Origin: Heterodontus francisci | Taxonomy: Eukaryota | Length of the DNA: 64,000 nucleotides | Assembly: GCF_036365525.1 (NCBI RefSeq) | Contig: NC_090375.1 | Span: 28,718,602-28,782,601, forward strand | Direction: 5' to 3' | Part shown: in pieces, positions 50,219 through 61,965 of the stretch | How positions within the stretch are numbered: the first letter of the stretch is position 1 | Layout: every line of letters starts with the position of its first letter | The notes under the pieces: model-generated | Told to the model about the DNA's origin: nothing | Database searches by the model: none | The model's input: the letters and a program-made list of their open reading frames with translations, nothing else | Translations under genes and position numbers: made by a program

Positions 50219-52279
50219 CCCTCAAACAGCCGCCCCCAATCTAAATTTTTCAGTTCCTGCCTAATATTGTTATAATTAGCCTTCCCCCAATTTTGCACCT
50301 TCACCTGAGGACTACTCTTATCCTTATCCACAAGTACCTTAAAACTTATGGAATTATGGTTACTGCTCCCGAAATGCTCCCCCACTGAAACTTCGACCAC
50401 CTGGCCGGGCTCATTCCCCAATACCAGGTCCAGAATGGCCCCTTCCCTAGTTGGACTATCTACATACTGTTTCAAGAAGCCCTCCTGGATGCTCCTCACA
50501 AATTCTGCCCCATCCAAGCCCCTAGCACTAAGTGAGTCCCAGTCAATATAGGGGAAGTTAAAATCACCCACCACCACAACCCTGTTACCTTTACATCTTT
50601 CCAAAACCTGTCCACATATCTGCTCCTCTACCTCCCGCTGGCTGTTGGGAGGCCTGTAATAAACCCCCAACATCGTGACTGCACCCTTCCTATTCCTGAG
50701 CTCCACCCACAATTGCCTCACTGCATGAACCGTCTGAGGTGTCCTCCCGCAGTACAGCTGTGATATTCTCCTTAACCAGTATTGCAACTCCCCCACCCCT
50801 TTTACATCCCCCTCTATCCCGCCTGAAGCTTCTCAAGCCTGGAATATTTAGCTGCCAATCCTGCCCTTCCCTCAACCAAGCCTCTGTAATAGCAACAACA
50901 TCATATTTCCAAGTACTAATCCAAGCTCTAAGTTCATCTGCCTTACCCGTTATTCTTCTCGCATTGAAACAAATGCACTTCAGACCACCAGTCCCGCTGT
51001 GCTCAGCAACATCTCCCTGCCTACTCTTCCTCTTAGTCCTACTGGCCTTATTTACTATGTCCTCCTCATTTATTTCACTAGCTGTTCTACTGCTCTGGTT
51101 CCCACCCCCCTGCCACACTAGTTTAAACCCTCCCGAGTGACGCTAGCAAACCTTGCAGCCAGGATATTAGTGCCCCTCCAGTTTAGATGCAACCTGTCCC
51201 TCTTGTACAGGTCCCATCTGTCCCTGAAGAGAGCCCAATGGTCCAGATATCTGAAACCCTCGCTTCTACACCAGCTGCTCAGCCACGTGTTTAGCTGCAC
51301 TATCTTCCTATTTCTAGCATCACTGGCATGTGGCACAGGGAGTAATCCAGAGATTACAACCCTTGAGGTCCTGTTTTTTAACTAACTACCTAGCTCCCTG
51401 AACTCCCCCTGCAGGACCCCGTCACTCTTCCTCCCTACGTCATTGGTACCGATGTGTACCACAACCTCTGGCTGGTCACCCTCCCCCTTCAGAATGCCCC
51501 CTGTCCGTTCAGAGACATCCTTGACCCTGGCACCAGGGAGGCAACATACCATCCTGGAGTCTATTTCACGTCCACAGAAGCGCCTATCTGTGCCCCTGAC
51601 TGTAGAGTCCCCTATAACTATTGTTCTTTTGCGCTTTGTCCCTCCCTGCTGGACAACATTGCCAGCCGTGGTGCCACTGCTCTAGCTTCTGCTGTTTTCC
51701 CCTGATAGGCCATCCCCCACAACAGTATCCAAAACGGTATATTTGTTAGAGAGGGGGATAGCCACAGGGGATTCCTGCACTGACTGCCTGCCCCTTCTAG
51801 CGGTCACCCATCTATCTGCCTGCACCTTGGATGTAACCACTTCTCTAAAACTCCTGTCTGTGACGCTTTCCGCCACCTGCATGCTCCTAAGTGCATCCAG
51901 TTGCCGCTCCAACCGATCCATGCGGTCTGTGAGGAGCTGCAACTGGGGACACTTCCTGCAGATGTAGTTGCCCGGAACGCTGGAAGCGTCACGGACCTCC
52001 GACATCTTACAGGTGAAGCACTTCACCCCTCTGACTGACATTTATATCACTAATTAATAAATTAATTTAAAATAAATAAATGCTTATTAAATCCTTACTA
52101 AATTATGATCCACTTAACTATGTGGTCCCTAGTGCTAGATTTCTACAATAAATACTAAATGCTATCTAAATACAGTAATCTCCTTCCTCTGGTTTAGTTA
52201 CTCTACTTATTAAGTAGTTAATTAGTGTTTTAATCAATTTTTATCAGTTTTATTTTCAAATTCAGTACAGATTCCCTGC

Positions 52280-52316
52280 CAGCCAATCAGGTCACAGCTT
52301 TCCTGTGACGTCACTT
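52280..52316 (-). promoter_or_regulatory. Putative CR1 internal promoter module (CRE, GGAA, CCAAT)
   Basis: Perfect GTGACGTCAC palindrome at 52305-52314, CAGGAAAG, and CCAAT at 52283-52287. The same order recurs in degenerate form at 38412-38445 in family C. Confidence 0.45.
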
Positions 52317-52358
52317 TTTCAGTTATTTTTCCCCACCCGAGGTAACCTACCGGTCCGG

Positions 52359-52651
52359 AACTAGGGGACATAGGTTTAAGGTGCGAGGGGCAAAGTTTAG
52401 AGGGGATGTGCGAGGCAAGTTCTTTACACAGAGGGTGGTGAGTGCCTGGAAGTTGCTGCCGGGGGAGGTGGTGGAAGCAGATACGATAGCGACGTTTAAG
52501 AGACATCTTGACAAATACATGAATAGGATGGGAATAGAGGGATATGGGCCCCGGAAGTGCAGAAGGTTTTAGTTTAGGCAGGCATCAAGATCGGCACAGG
52601 CTTGGAGGGCCGAATGGCCTGTTCCTGTGCTGTACTGTTCTTTGTTCTTTG
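52359..52651 (+). mobile_element. CR1 family A 3' end
   Basis: RGAKFRGDVRGKFFTQRVVSAWKLLP... plus tail ...ttctttgttctttg; near-identical to 63795-64000. Confidence 0.9.
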
Positions 52652-53000
52652 TCCTCCCCATTCCCCAGTCTCCCACTCTCCCCGTTTCCCAGTCTCCCAC
52701 TCTCCCCGTTCCCCAGTCTCCCACTCTCCCCGTTCCCAATCTTCCACTCTCCCCGTTCCCCAGTCTCCTACTCTTCCCGTTCCCCAGTCTCCCACTCTCC
52801 CCATTCCCCAGTCTCCCACTCTCCCCATTCCCCAGTCTCCCACTCGACCCCGACTCCCGTCCCCCAGTCTCCCACTCTCCCCCGACTCCCGTTCCCCATC
52901 TCTCACTCTCCCCCGGCTCCCGTTCCCCAGTCTCCCATCTCCCCCGGCTCCCGTTCCCCAGTCTCCCATCTCCCCAGGCCCCCACTCCCTCTTTCCCCCG
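52652..53000. repeat. Continuation of the 24-bp C/T-rich minisatellite
   Basis: Same TTCCCCAGTCTCCCACTCTCCCC units, decaying toward 53000. Confidence 0.9.
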
Positions 53001-53331
53001 TGACTCCAGAGGCTCTCTCCCCACCACCTCAACTCCTGGTTCCCAGTCCAATTTTCTGCAGCAGCTCTGGGGAGGACATGACATCAGTGAGCCAGAGGAT
53101 TTCTCTGTGGACATACGCACACCTGCACACACACACACAAACACAGGCAATCTATCCAGAGGTCAGTGACTCTCCTGACACCTATACTAACTATATACAT
53201 TTGGAGCCTTTACCGAGGCCCCCCTAGTCCTCCCCAGCCTATTTGCCTGAAATAGTCTGGCCCCTAAAATAGAATCAAATCCATTCATTATTTTAAATAC
53301 CTTAGACGTCTGCCCCTTTCCTGGGTAAAAT

Positions 53332-53428
53332 GTTTTGTTCTCCACAGATACTGCCAGACCTGTTGAGTATTTCCAGCACTTTTTGTTTTTATTTCAGATT
53401 TCCAGCATCTGCAATATTTTGCTTTTTC
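53332..53428 (+). mobile_element. Penelope-like terminal fragment
   Basis: ctccacagatactgccagacctgttgagtatttccagcact...gatttccagcatctgca, the reverse complement of 9742-9830. Confidence 0.75.
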
Positions 53429-54224
53429 ATATTACTATATAAACTATAAGCTAGTTTTCAATCACACTGCTGGTTCACCCTCTCAATGAACTATTTCATT
53501 TACTTGGAAAAGCAATCGATAGATATGCAATTTACCTACATAATAATCACTGCACTTCAAAAGTAATTAATTGTGTAATGTGTTTTGCAATACTTTATTG
53601 CAATAAAACCAAATATAAATGCACGTATTATAGTTAGAACTTTTGAAATATCTCATTTCAGAAAACTTGGTGATATCTTGGAATTTTATTCAGTGTTTTC
53701 AGAGGACAGGGCACACATTAGATTGCTCTCATTTTAGAAGTGCTACTTATCGTTATTTGACTACATTTGGTTCAGGGATGTAGGATAAATAACCTTGTCT
53801 TTTTCCATATTTTATAGATTTATTTTCTGTCCACACAGCCTCCCTCCTATAAAACTAGAGGGCGCACTTCCACAATCTGGCTAAAAATAAGCAAAATGCA
53901 TCCTTTGAGAGTATGTAAGTGGGTCATCCTTCGGTTTGACTTCATGATCTTCTATGTAAAATTCCTATCAACTACTGCTAAATATACCCAGGACTCTAAG
54001 GTATCCGTAATCCTTATCTTAATTAAACCACTCTCATCTTCACCCTTTCTGCTGTAAATAGTATTTTGACCTTGGAACATTGGTTACTAAATGGCAATAG
54101 TTTAAAAAAAAGAGTGCTGGATTCCTGTGGGATTAAGTCATAGTTCAGGATGGGAAAATTACTATTGTTATCAGCCTAGGAAAGCTTATGGAGGGGTGTC
54201 AGTAATCTATTATGAATATAAAAT

Positions 54225-54438
54225 GGACTAGGGTGGTAGAAGTTTGGACCTCTTTCGCAACCTGTGATTGATGGGTCAATTGTTTAATTTTAAATCTGAG
54301 ATTGATATATTACTATGAACCAAAGGTATTAAAGGGTATGGGGCAGGTATATGGAGTTAGGTCGCAGATCAGCATCTCATTGATCTCATTGAATGGGGGA
54401 ACAGGTTTGAGGGGCTAAGCTCCAGTTCCTATGTTCTT
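54225..54438 (+). mobile_element. Degraded CR1 3' tail
   Basis: ttaaatctgagattgata...aaaggtattaaagggtatggg...cattgaatggg..aacaggtttgaggggct. Confidence 0.65.
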
Positions 54439-54439
54439 A

Positions 54440-54958
54440 GCAGTCCTCGAGGCGGCCAACATCCCCAGCTTGTACACACTACTGAGTTAGCGGCGCTTGA
54501 GATGGCTCGGCCATGTGAGCCGCATGGAAGATGGCAGGATCCCCAAAGACACATTGTACAGCGAGCTCGCCACTGGTATCAGACCCACCGGCCGTCCACG
54601 TCTCCGCTTTAAAGACGTCTGCAAACGCGACATGAAATCCTGTGACATTGATCACAAGTCGTGGGAGTCAGTTGCCAGCGCTCGCCAGAGCTGGCGGACA
54701 GCCATAAAGACAGGGCTAAAATGTGGCGAGTCGAAGAGACTTAGTAGTTGGCTGGAAAAAAGACAGAGGCGCAAGGGGAGAGCCAACTGTGCAACAGCCC
54801 CGACTAACGGATTTCTCTGCAGCACCTGTGAAAGAGCCTGTCACTCTAGAATTGGCCTTTATAGCCACTCCAGGCGCTGCTTCACAAACCACTGACCACC
54901 TCCAGGCGCGTATCCATTGTCTCTTGAGATAAGGAGGCCCAAAAGAAAGAAGAAAAAG
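54440..54958 (+). mobile_element. RTE LINE 3' end (second RTE family, little decayed)
   Basis: RWLGHVSRMEDGRIPKDTLYSEL...GRPRLRFKDVCKRDMK...FLCSTCERACHSRIGLYSHSRRC; (AAG)-like tail. Confidence 0.9.
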
Positions 54959-56267
54959 AAGTACTGTAGATAAGCCAATTCTCATTCTGACCTCCCCTGC
55001 CAAACACCACCCCCCCCACCACCACCGCACCACCCCCCCCCCCCCCCCCCACCACCACCACCATGTTACCAGTTCCGCAGGTTCAGAAAAGCTATTTTTT
55101 TGATAACTGCTTCAATTAAATAATAACTTTTGGAATATTTCATGATTGCAATCAAGACTATCCACTCAATGCTTAAAGAGACAGGGAAATCTCCCAAACT
55201 CCAATCTCTTGCTGTCCAGCATAAACAATTGGGAAATAAAACGATGAAAAACAGTAACTTATTAGGGCATCAAAAGCCTGTTCAGGAAATATCAGAACCA
55301 GAAATACAAACTTTTCTTGGACCCTTTTTCTTCACATGACTATATCTTGAAATTTCTTTGCAAGTATAAATGAATCAATAGCAGAGAATTTTACTCTGAA
55401 TTTGCAACTCCCAACTTTCCTAGTGGTAAATAATTAAGGAAAATCACATTTCGGTTCCTTGCAAACTCCTGAACAAATTTATTTTAAAATAGCAAGAACA
55501 ATTTCACTACCCTGCCAGCGAGCAATTAAAGCCACATCCTTTAGACTTGCCTATCTATGAATAACATATCAAAATATGCATAACCTATTTCAGTGCAAAA
55601 GCAGCAGAACTTTACAGCTTATTATAATAAATTATTTTGACCTGGGAAAATAAATTGCCTGTGTTTATCTTCACACCATTTAGATACCACCATTCACCAC
55701 TACTAAACCAATAGGATAGAAAGGACAACATGATTCAGAGCATGTCAAGCTGTTCCTGTACCAACCACAAGATGGCACCTAAGAGCAACACAGTTTGATT
55801 CCTCTCCAAAATTTCCCTGCCTCTGAGGAAGCACCTCTAATATTCAATTTAACCACTTGTTCATTACAGAAGAGGGGCAAAACTGCTTCAGCTTTAATAT
55901 GTACGCCTCTCCCAGCCCCACCACCACCACCAAAGCATAATGTTTAAACTGGTTTACTGTGACATTGTTTTTCAGACCATAACATATTATGTTTCTTTTA
56001 GGAGGGATACTTTGCCACACTTAAGCTCCAAGATCAGTTTTATTTACAAACATCTTTATAGTTAGGGTGACAAGTTGCTCACCGGACCTCCAGTAAAGCT
56101 ATTGTAAAACAACATGGCAGAGGGTGTGCGAAGACAGGGAGTTGAAAATTTCTCATCAGTCATTCTCTTTCCCTCCTTGTGATGGAATATCTTACAGCAG
56201 CTCCACCAAAGCAGCACAGCTGAGATTGGCAACACAGCATCTCAGATATGAAGCCAGGGCTGAGCAT

Positions 56268-56672
56268 GGTAGAATAGTGTTTACATTACTGGACTAATTA
56301 TCCAGGGACGTGAGTTCAAATCTCACTATGGCAGCTGGGGAATTTAAATCCGGACTAAGAAGCTACTGTCAGTAATGCTGACCACGAAACTACCCTGACT
56401 TGTTTTATAAACTCAGCTAGTTCACTAATGTCCTTTAAGGAAAGAAACCTGCTGGCCTTAACCAGTCTGGCCTGAATGTATCGCCTGATGTGTTTGAATT
56501 TTAACTGCCCTCTGAAATCTCCCAGAAAGCCACTCGGTTGTATCAGAAAAATAATTACGACAGACTGCAGCAGGTCACAAAGTTGGCTCACCGCTGCTGT
56601 CTCAAGGGCAATTACTGATGGGCAATAAACGCTAGCTTTGACAGCAATGCCCACATCCTGTGAATTAATAAA
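56268..56672 (+). mobile_element. tRNA-headed SINE with family-B LINE tail, second copy
   Basis: ttactggactaattatccag..gagttcaaatctcac..ggcagctggggaatttaaat...caagggcaattactgatgggcaataaacgct...gcccacatcc. Confidence 0.75.
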
Positions 56673-57494
56673 AACAATCTCTATACAAGGCATGGCCATA
56701 TATTGGTGGAAGTGGGCATGAGTAAATTGGGCCACCCTAGAAAGATCAACCTCTCAATATTTTATAGTTTTCCAATCAATTGTCATACTGCTGCCATCAA
56801 ATACAGATACAGACATTAGAGTCTTCGTGAACTCTTGTACAATCTGTAAGATGACACATGATTTTTTTAAAAAAGCAAGTTAATTTGCTTGTGGTTGCAT
56901 AAGTTATTGGACTGTTTTATGCTATGGATGGAGGCTTTAAAAACAAACTTAGCTGCAACTGATAAATGATTCATATTTTTACCTAGGGTTTCAATTAAAA
57001 GGAAACAGGCACCTCATTGGTGGGCATTATTGTTTGCTTGAGATGCGCATCCAAAATGGAACAAGGAGTCTTGATATTGAAATGTATTATCAAGGTTCTG
57101 CAGGTGCTTTTGGTGCAGTTAAATTTCCAGCCAAATTCCACAGGACTGAAGCAATGAAAAACTAGACAGTTGTTTCAAAGTTACAATTTGCAAGTTGTTA
57201 CGAGTGTTTCCAATTTTTTGTTAAATTTTGAAAATTTGTGTTTTAAAACCAAAATGGATTCCATAGATGCTGGTGTTTTTTTTTTAAAGGAGATCACCAG
57301 AAGGCTTGGATTGAGTTTGAACTGTAAACAGTTACTGAAAAGCGTCTGTTATCAAATAACTTCCCGATAATGACTTGGAGAGATGTTTACAAAGAAGTGA
57401 CAAGCCAAGATTTATGGTTGTCAGGAATCTTGCTTTCTGAACTGTTTTAATTTCAATTTGAACTGTTAAAAAGGACAATTGGTGTTTCCGGGAG

Positions 57495-57850
57495 CAGTGG
57501 TCACTTCTGGGACTGCAACCCAGCCATCGCACGGAAGGTGTCAGGGAGCCCTGGAATGAAGGTAAGTTTTTGGGATCAGTCAGGCCCTGGCGAGGCAAGG
57601 GTGGCCATTTGGGAGGACAGGGGGTGTGTTGGGTGTTGGGGGTGGTTGGGGTAGCGGGGACAGCCCTCCATCGGACACAGGGTACTTGATCATGAGGGCC
57701 CCCGCCCCCAGACCATCAGAGAGCCGCCTGCTTTTGTCAGCTGGCTTCTCTCGGGCCTGGGCCGCCCGACTGGCCATGCGTAAACTCCCCATGGTGGGGG
57801 GGGGGGGGTCAGGAAGGGCCCCCCAAGCCTTCCGCTCCATCTTACGCCCA
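57495..57850 (-). mobile_element. Partial fold-back MITE-like element
   Basis: Reverse complement of 41180-41400 (ctgggactgca, aaggtaagttttt, gatcatgagggcccc). Confidence 0.65.
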
Positions 57851-57912
57851 TGTATGGTTTGCAGCACAATCAATACAAATTGGTGAGAATTAAGTGAAAA
57901 AGGTATTTGTCT

Positions 57913-58275
57913 AAAAGTGCTGGAAATACTCAACAGGTCTGGCAGCATCTGTGGACAGAGAAGCAAAGTTAACGTTGCAGGTCTGCGAACTTTCATCAGA
58001 ACTGACAAAAGTTAGAAAATAATTCGGTTTTAAGCAAGTGAAGGGAAGGGAGGTGGGGGAGAGAACAAAAGGGAAGGTGTTTGATAGGGCAGAGGGTGAT
58101 TAAATAACAAAGCTGTCCTGGGACAAAGGCAATAAGTGTGTTCATGCTTGTGGTGAAAGACAAAGCATTAGTCCACAGAGACTGATAATAGTGGAATAAT
58201 GAGCAGCTCTGACTCAATGAAAAGCAGGCACGTGGTTAAAAAATAAAATATTTTTTAAAATAGTGATGCTCTGAA
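57913..58275 (-). mobile_element. Penelope-like 3' terminal fragment with degenerate hammerhead
   Basis: Homologous to 27475-27800. Minus strand AGUU-CUGAUGA-AAGUUC-GCA-GACCU-GCAACGUU-AACU at ~57967-58003. Confidence 0.75.
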
Positions 58276-58328
58276 GTGTGAGGCAAACCCCCACGTACCA
58301 AGACTAAGGCACACATTATTTCGCCACA

Positions 58329-60376
58329 TGAATTTGAAAATAAAACTGATAAAAATTGATTAAAACACTAATTAACTACTTAATAAGTAGTGTAACTAAA
58401 CCAGAGGAAGGAGATTACTGTATTTAGATAGCATTTGGTATTTATTGTAGAAATCTAGCACTAGGGACCACATAGTTAAGTGGATCATAATTTAGTAAGG
58501 ATTTAATAAGTATTTATTTATTTTAAATTAATTTATTAATTAGTGCTAGAAATGTCAGTTAGAGGGGTGAAGTGCTTCACCTGTGAGATGTGGGAGGTCC
58601 GTGACACTTCCAGCGTTCCGGGCGACTACATCTGCAGGAAGTGCACCCAGTTGCAGCTCCTCACAGACCGCATGGATCGGTTGGAGCGGCAACTGGATGC
58701 ACTTAGGAGCATGCAGGTGGCGGAAAGTGTCATCGACAGGAGTTTTAGAGAAGTGGTCACACCCAAAGTGCAGGCAGATAGTTGGGTGACCGCGAGAAGG
58801 GGCAGGCAGTCAGTGCAGGAATCCCCTGTGGCTATCCCCCTCTCTAACAAGTATACCGTTTTGGATACTGTTTGGGGGGGGATTGCCTATCAGGGGAAAA
58901 CAGCAGCAGCCAGAGCAGTGGCACCATGGATGGCACTGTTGTTCAGCAGGGAGGGACAAAGCGCAGAAGAGCAATAGTTATAGGGGACTCTATAGTCAGG
59001 GGCACAGATAGGCGCTTCTGTGGACATGAAAGAGACTCCAGGATGGTATGTTGCCTCCCTGGTGCCAGGGTCAAGGATGTCTCTGAACGGACAGGGGGCA
59101 TTCTGAAGGGGGAGGGTGAACAGCCAGAGGTTGTGGTACACATCGGTACCAATGACATAGGTAGGAAGAGTGACGGGGTCCTGCAGGGGGAGTTTAGGGA
59201 GTTAGGTAGTAAATTAAAAAACAGGACCTCAAGGGTTGTAATCTCTGGATTACTCCCTGTGCCACATGCCAGTGAGGCTAGAAATAGGAAGATAGTGCAG
59301 CTAATCACGTGGCTGAACAGCTGGTGTAGAAGCGAGGGTTTCAGATATCTGGACCATTGGGATCTCTTCAGGGACAGATGGGACCTGTACAAGAAGGACG
59401 GGTTGTATCTAAACTGGAGGGGCACTAATATCCTGGCTGCAAGGTTTGCTAGCGTCACTCGGGAGGGTTTAAACTAGTGTGGCAGGGAGGTGGGAACCAG
59501 AGCAGTAGAACAGCTAGTGAAATAAATGAGGAGGACATAGTAAATAAGGCCAGTAGGACTAAGAGGAAGAGCAGGCAGGGAGATGTTGCTGAGCACAGCG
59601 GGACTGGTGGTCTGAAGTGCATTTGTTTCAATGCAAGAAGAAAAACGGGTAAGGCAGATGAACTTAGAGCTTGGATTAGTACTTGGAAATATGATGTTGT
59701 TGCTATTACAGAGACTTGGTTGAGGGAAGGGCAGGATTGACAGCTAAATGTTCCAGGCTTTAGAAGCTTCAGGCGGGATAGAGGGGGATGTAAAAGGGGT
59801 GGGGGAGTTGCATTACTGGTTAAGGAGAATATCACAGCTGTACTGCGGGAGGACACCTCAGACGGTTCATGCAGTGAGGCAATTGTGGGTGGAGCTCAGG
59901 AATAGGAAGGGTGCAGTCACGATGTTGGGGGTTTACTACAGGCCTCCCAACAGCCAGCGGGAGGTAGAGGAGCAGATATGTAGACAGGTTTTGGAAAGAT
60001 GTAAAGGTAACAGGGTTGTGGTGGTGGGTGATTTTAACTTCCCCTATATTGACTGGGACTCACTTAGTGCTAGGGGCTTGGATGGGGCAGAATTTGTGAG
60101 GAGCATCCAGGAGGGCTTCTTGAAACAGTATGTAGATAGTCCAACTAGGGAAGGGGCCATTCTGGACCTGGTATTAGGGAATGAGCCCGGCCAGGTGGTC
60201 GAAGTTTCAGTGGGGGAGCATTTCGGGAACAGTGACCATAATTCCATAAGTTTTAAGGTACTTGTGGATAAGGATAAGAGTAGTCCTCGGGTGAAGGTGC
60301 TAAATTGGGGGAAGGCTAATTATAACAATATTAGGCAGGAACTGAAAAATTTAGATTGGGGGTGGCTGTTTGAGGG
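58329..60376 (+). mobile_element. CR1 family A 5' half (5' UTR, ORF1, EN)
   Basis: ORFs 58543..58977 and 58872..59477 (ORF1 with a frameshift in a G-run); 59477..59740 and 59748..60386 (EN). Confidence 0.93.
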
Positions 60377-60603
60377 TTTAGTTTAGTTTAGTTTAGAGAT
60401 ACAGCACTGAAACAGGCCCTTCGGCCCACTGAGTCTGTGCCGACCATCAACCACCCATTTATACTAATCCTACACTAATTCCATATTCCTACCACATCCC
60501 CACCTGTCCCTATATTTCCCTACCACCTACCTATACTAGGGGCAATTGCTAATGGCCAATTTACCTATCAACCTGCAAGTCTTTGGCATGTGGGAGGAAA
60601 CCG
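60377..60603 (-). mobile_element. HE1-type V-SINE, 5'-truncated here
   Basis: Reverse complement of 49991-50218, inserted at the same CR1 position. Confidence 0.9.
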
Positions 60604-61629
60604 AATCGCTAACTCCTGATCCCTGATGAATAGTGTAAATTTGCAGGCATAGAGCCCCGATTTTGATGCCTACCTTTGTCCAGTAACCTAAATCTCACTG
60701 TGGTGGCTGTCATTGCCAGTTGAGCCTTACTCCAGCATGAATTTGGGAGGGGAACAGAGAAAAGATAAAATTGATGGAGAAAAGTCGATTGTGGCTAATT
60801 TCTGTAAATTTATTTTGACTGAAATTTTCTAGCACCTAGTAATATGCAAAACAAGAATTGTAAATGGTTTTTTTTCTTGCATTTACTCCTCAAAGTGTCC
60901 CATGTCACAACACTTTTCTGGCCAAGAGGTTGGATTAGGAACTAGCTCATAAGTCTGTACAAGCGCTACTCTCAATAGCTGTGGGAGATGTGTGAGAATA
61001 CAGACTGAGTTTACCTTACTCCCTGGCCTAATTCTGAGTTGCTAATATGCTATTTGGTGAATCTGTCATTGAGGCTGTTTTCTTTCCACTCAACTCCAGA
61101 TAACTTTGCATGCCAATGCTTTATAATGGGTAGGAAGAGCTAGCTGAATAAATAAAAGTTTACTATTGGTAAACTGAGCAGTTTTGGCTAGCTAAACAGA
61201 GTAACTCTAAACATATTGAGCTAGTTGTAAGTGAAGGGGAGGGAACAGAGACAGTGTGTGGGCCTTCACACTTGCCAACCTGCACCTGACTTCTCTGGGT
61301 TTGGGTCATGTGCCTCTGGGGAGGTGTGTGTGCGCATTACCATCAGGAGAATAGAAACTTGATTTGCATAATCTCTCAGTAGATTAGCTGGGCAAGTCTT
61401 GAATGTGGCAATGGGTAACTTCCCATATAAGGGTCAGCTAACCTGGATCAAAAAAATGGGGAATCAATGTTATAAACCCATGCTCGACTGGCATAGAATA
61501 CTAGTCTCATTGCTGCATGAATATCCAGTTTTTTTTTTAAGGTTCCTGTGCATTTCTGAAATGATACTTGAAATGTTCAAATGCATTATCGTGTGTTTAA
61601 AAAAAGATAAGAAGTCTTGACAGTCGTAT

Positions 61630-61960
61630 GGGCGGTGCAGTGGTTAGCACCGCAGCCTCACAGCTCCAGCGACCCAGGTTTGGTTCTGGGTACTGCCTGT
61701 GCGGAGTTTGCAAGTTCTCCCTGTGACTGTGTGGGGTTCCGCCGGGTGCTCCGGTTTCCTCCCACAGCCAAAGACTTGCAGGTTGATAGGTAAATTGGCC
61801 ATTGTAAATTGTCCCTAGTGTAGGTACGTGGTAGGAGAATGGTGGGTATGTGGTAGGGAATATGGGATTAATGTAGGATTAGTATAAATGGGTGGTTGTT
61901 GGTCAGCACAGACCCGGTGGGTCGAAGGGCCTGTTTCAGTGCTGTATCTCTCTATGACAC
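61630..61960 (+). mobile_element. HE1-type V-SINE
   Basis: gggcggtgcagtggttagcaccgcagcc...gggtgctccggtttcctcccaca...gggcctgtttcagtgctgtatctc. Confidence 0.9.
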
Positions 61961-61965
61961 TCTAT

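Larger units (their letters stand above)
49680..52350 (-). mobile_element. CR1 family A 5' half (5' UTR, ORF1, EN), inverted
   Basis: ORF1 MSVRGVKCFTCKM... at 52041; EN ORFs 50690..51118 and 50209..50796; AT-rich 5' UTR at 52042-52330. Confidence 0.93.
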
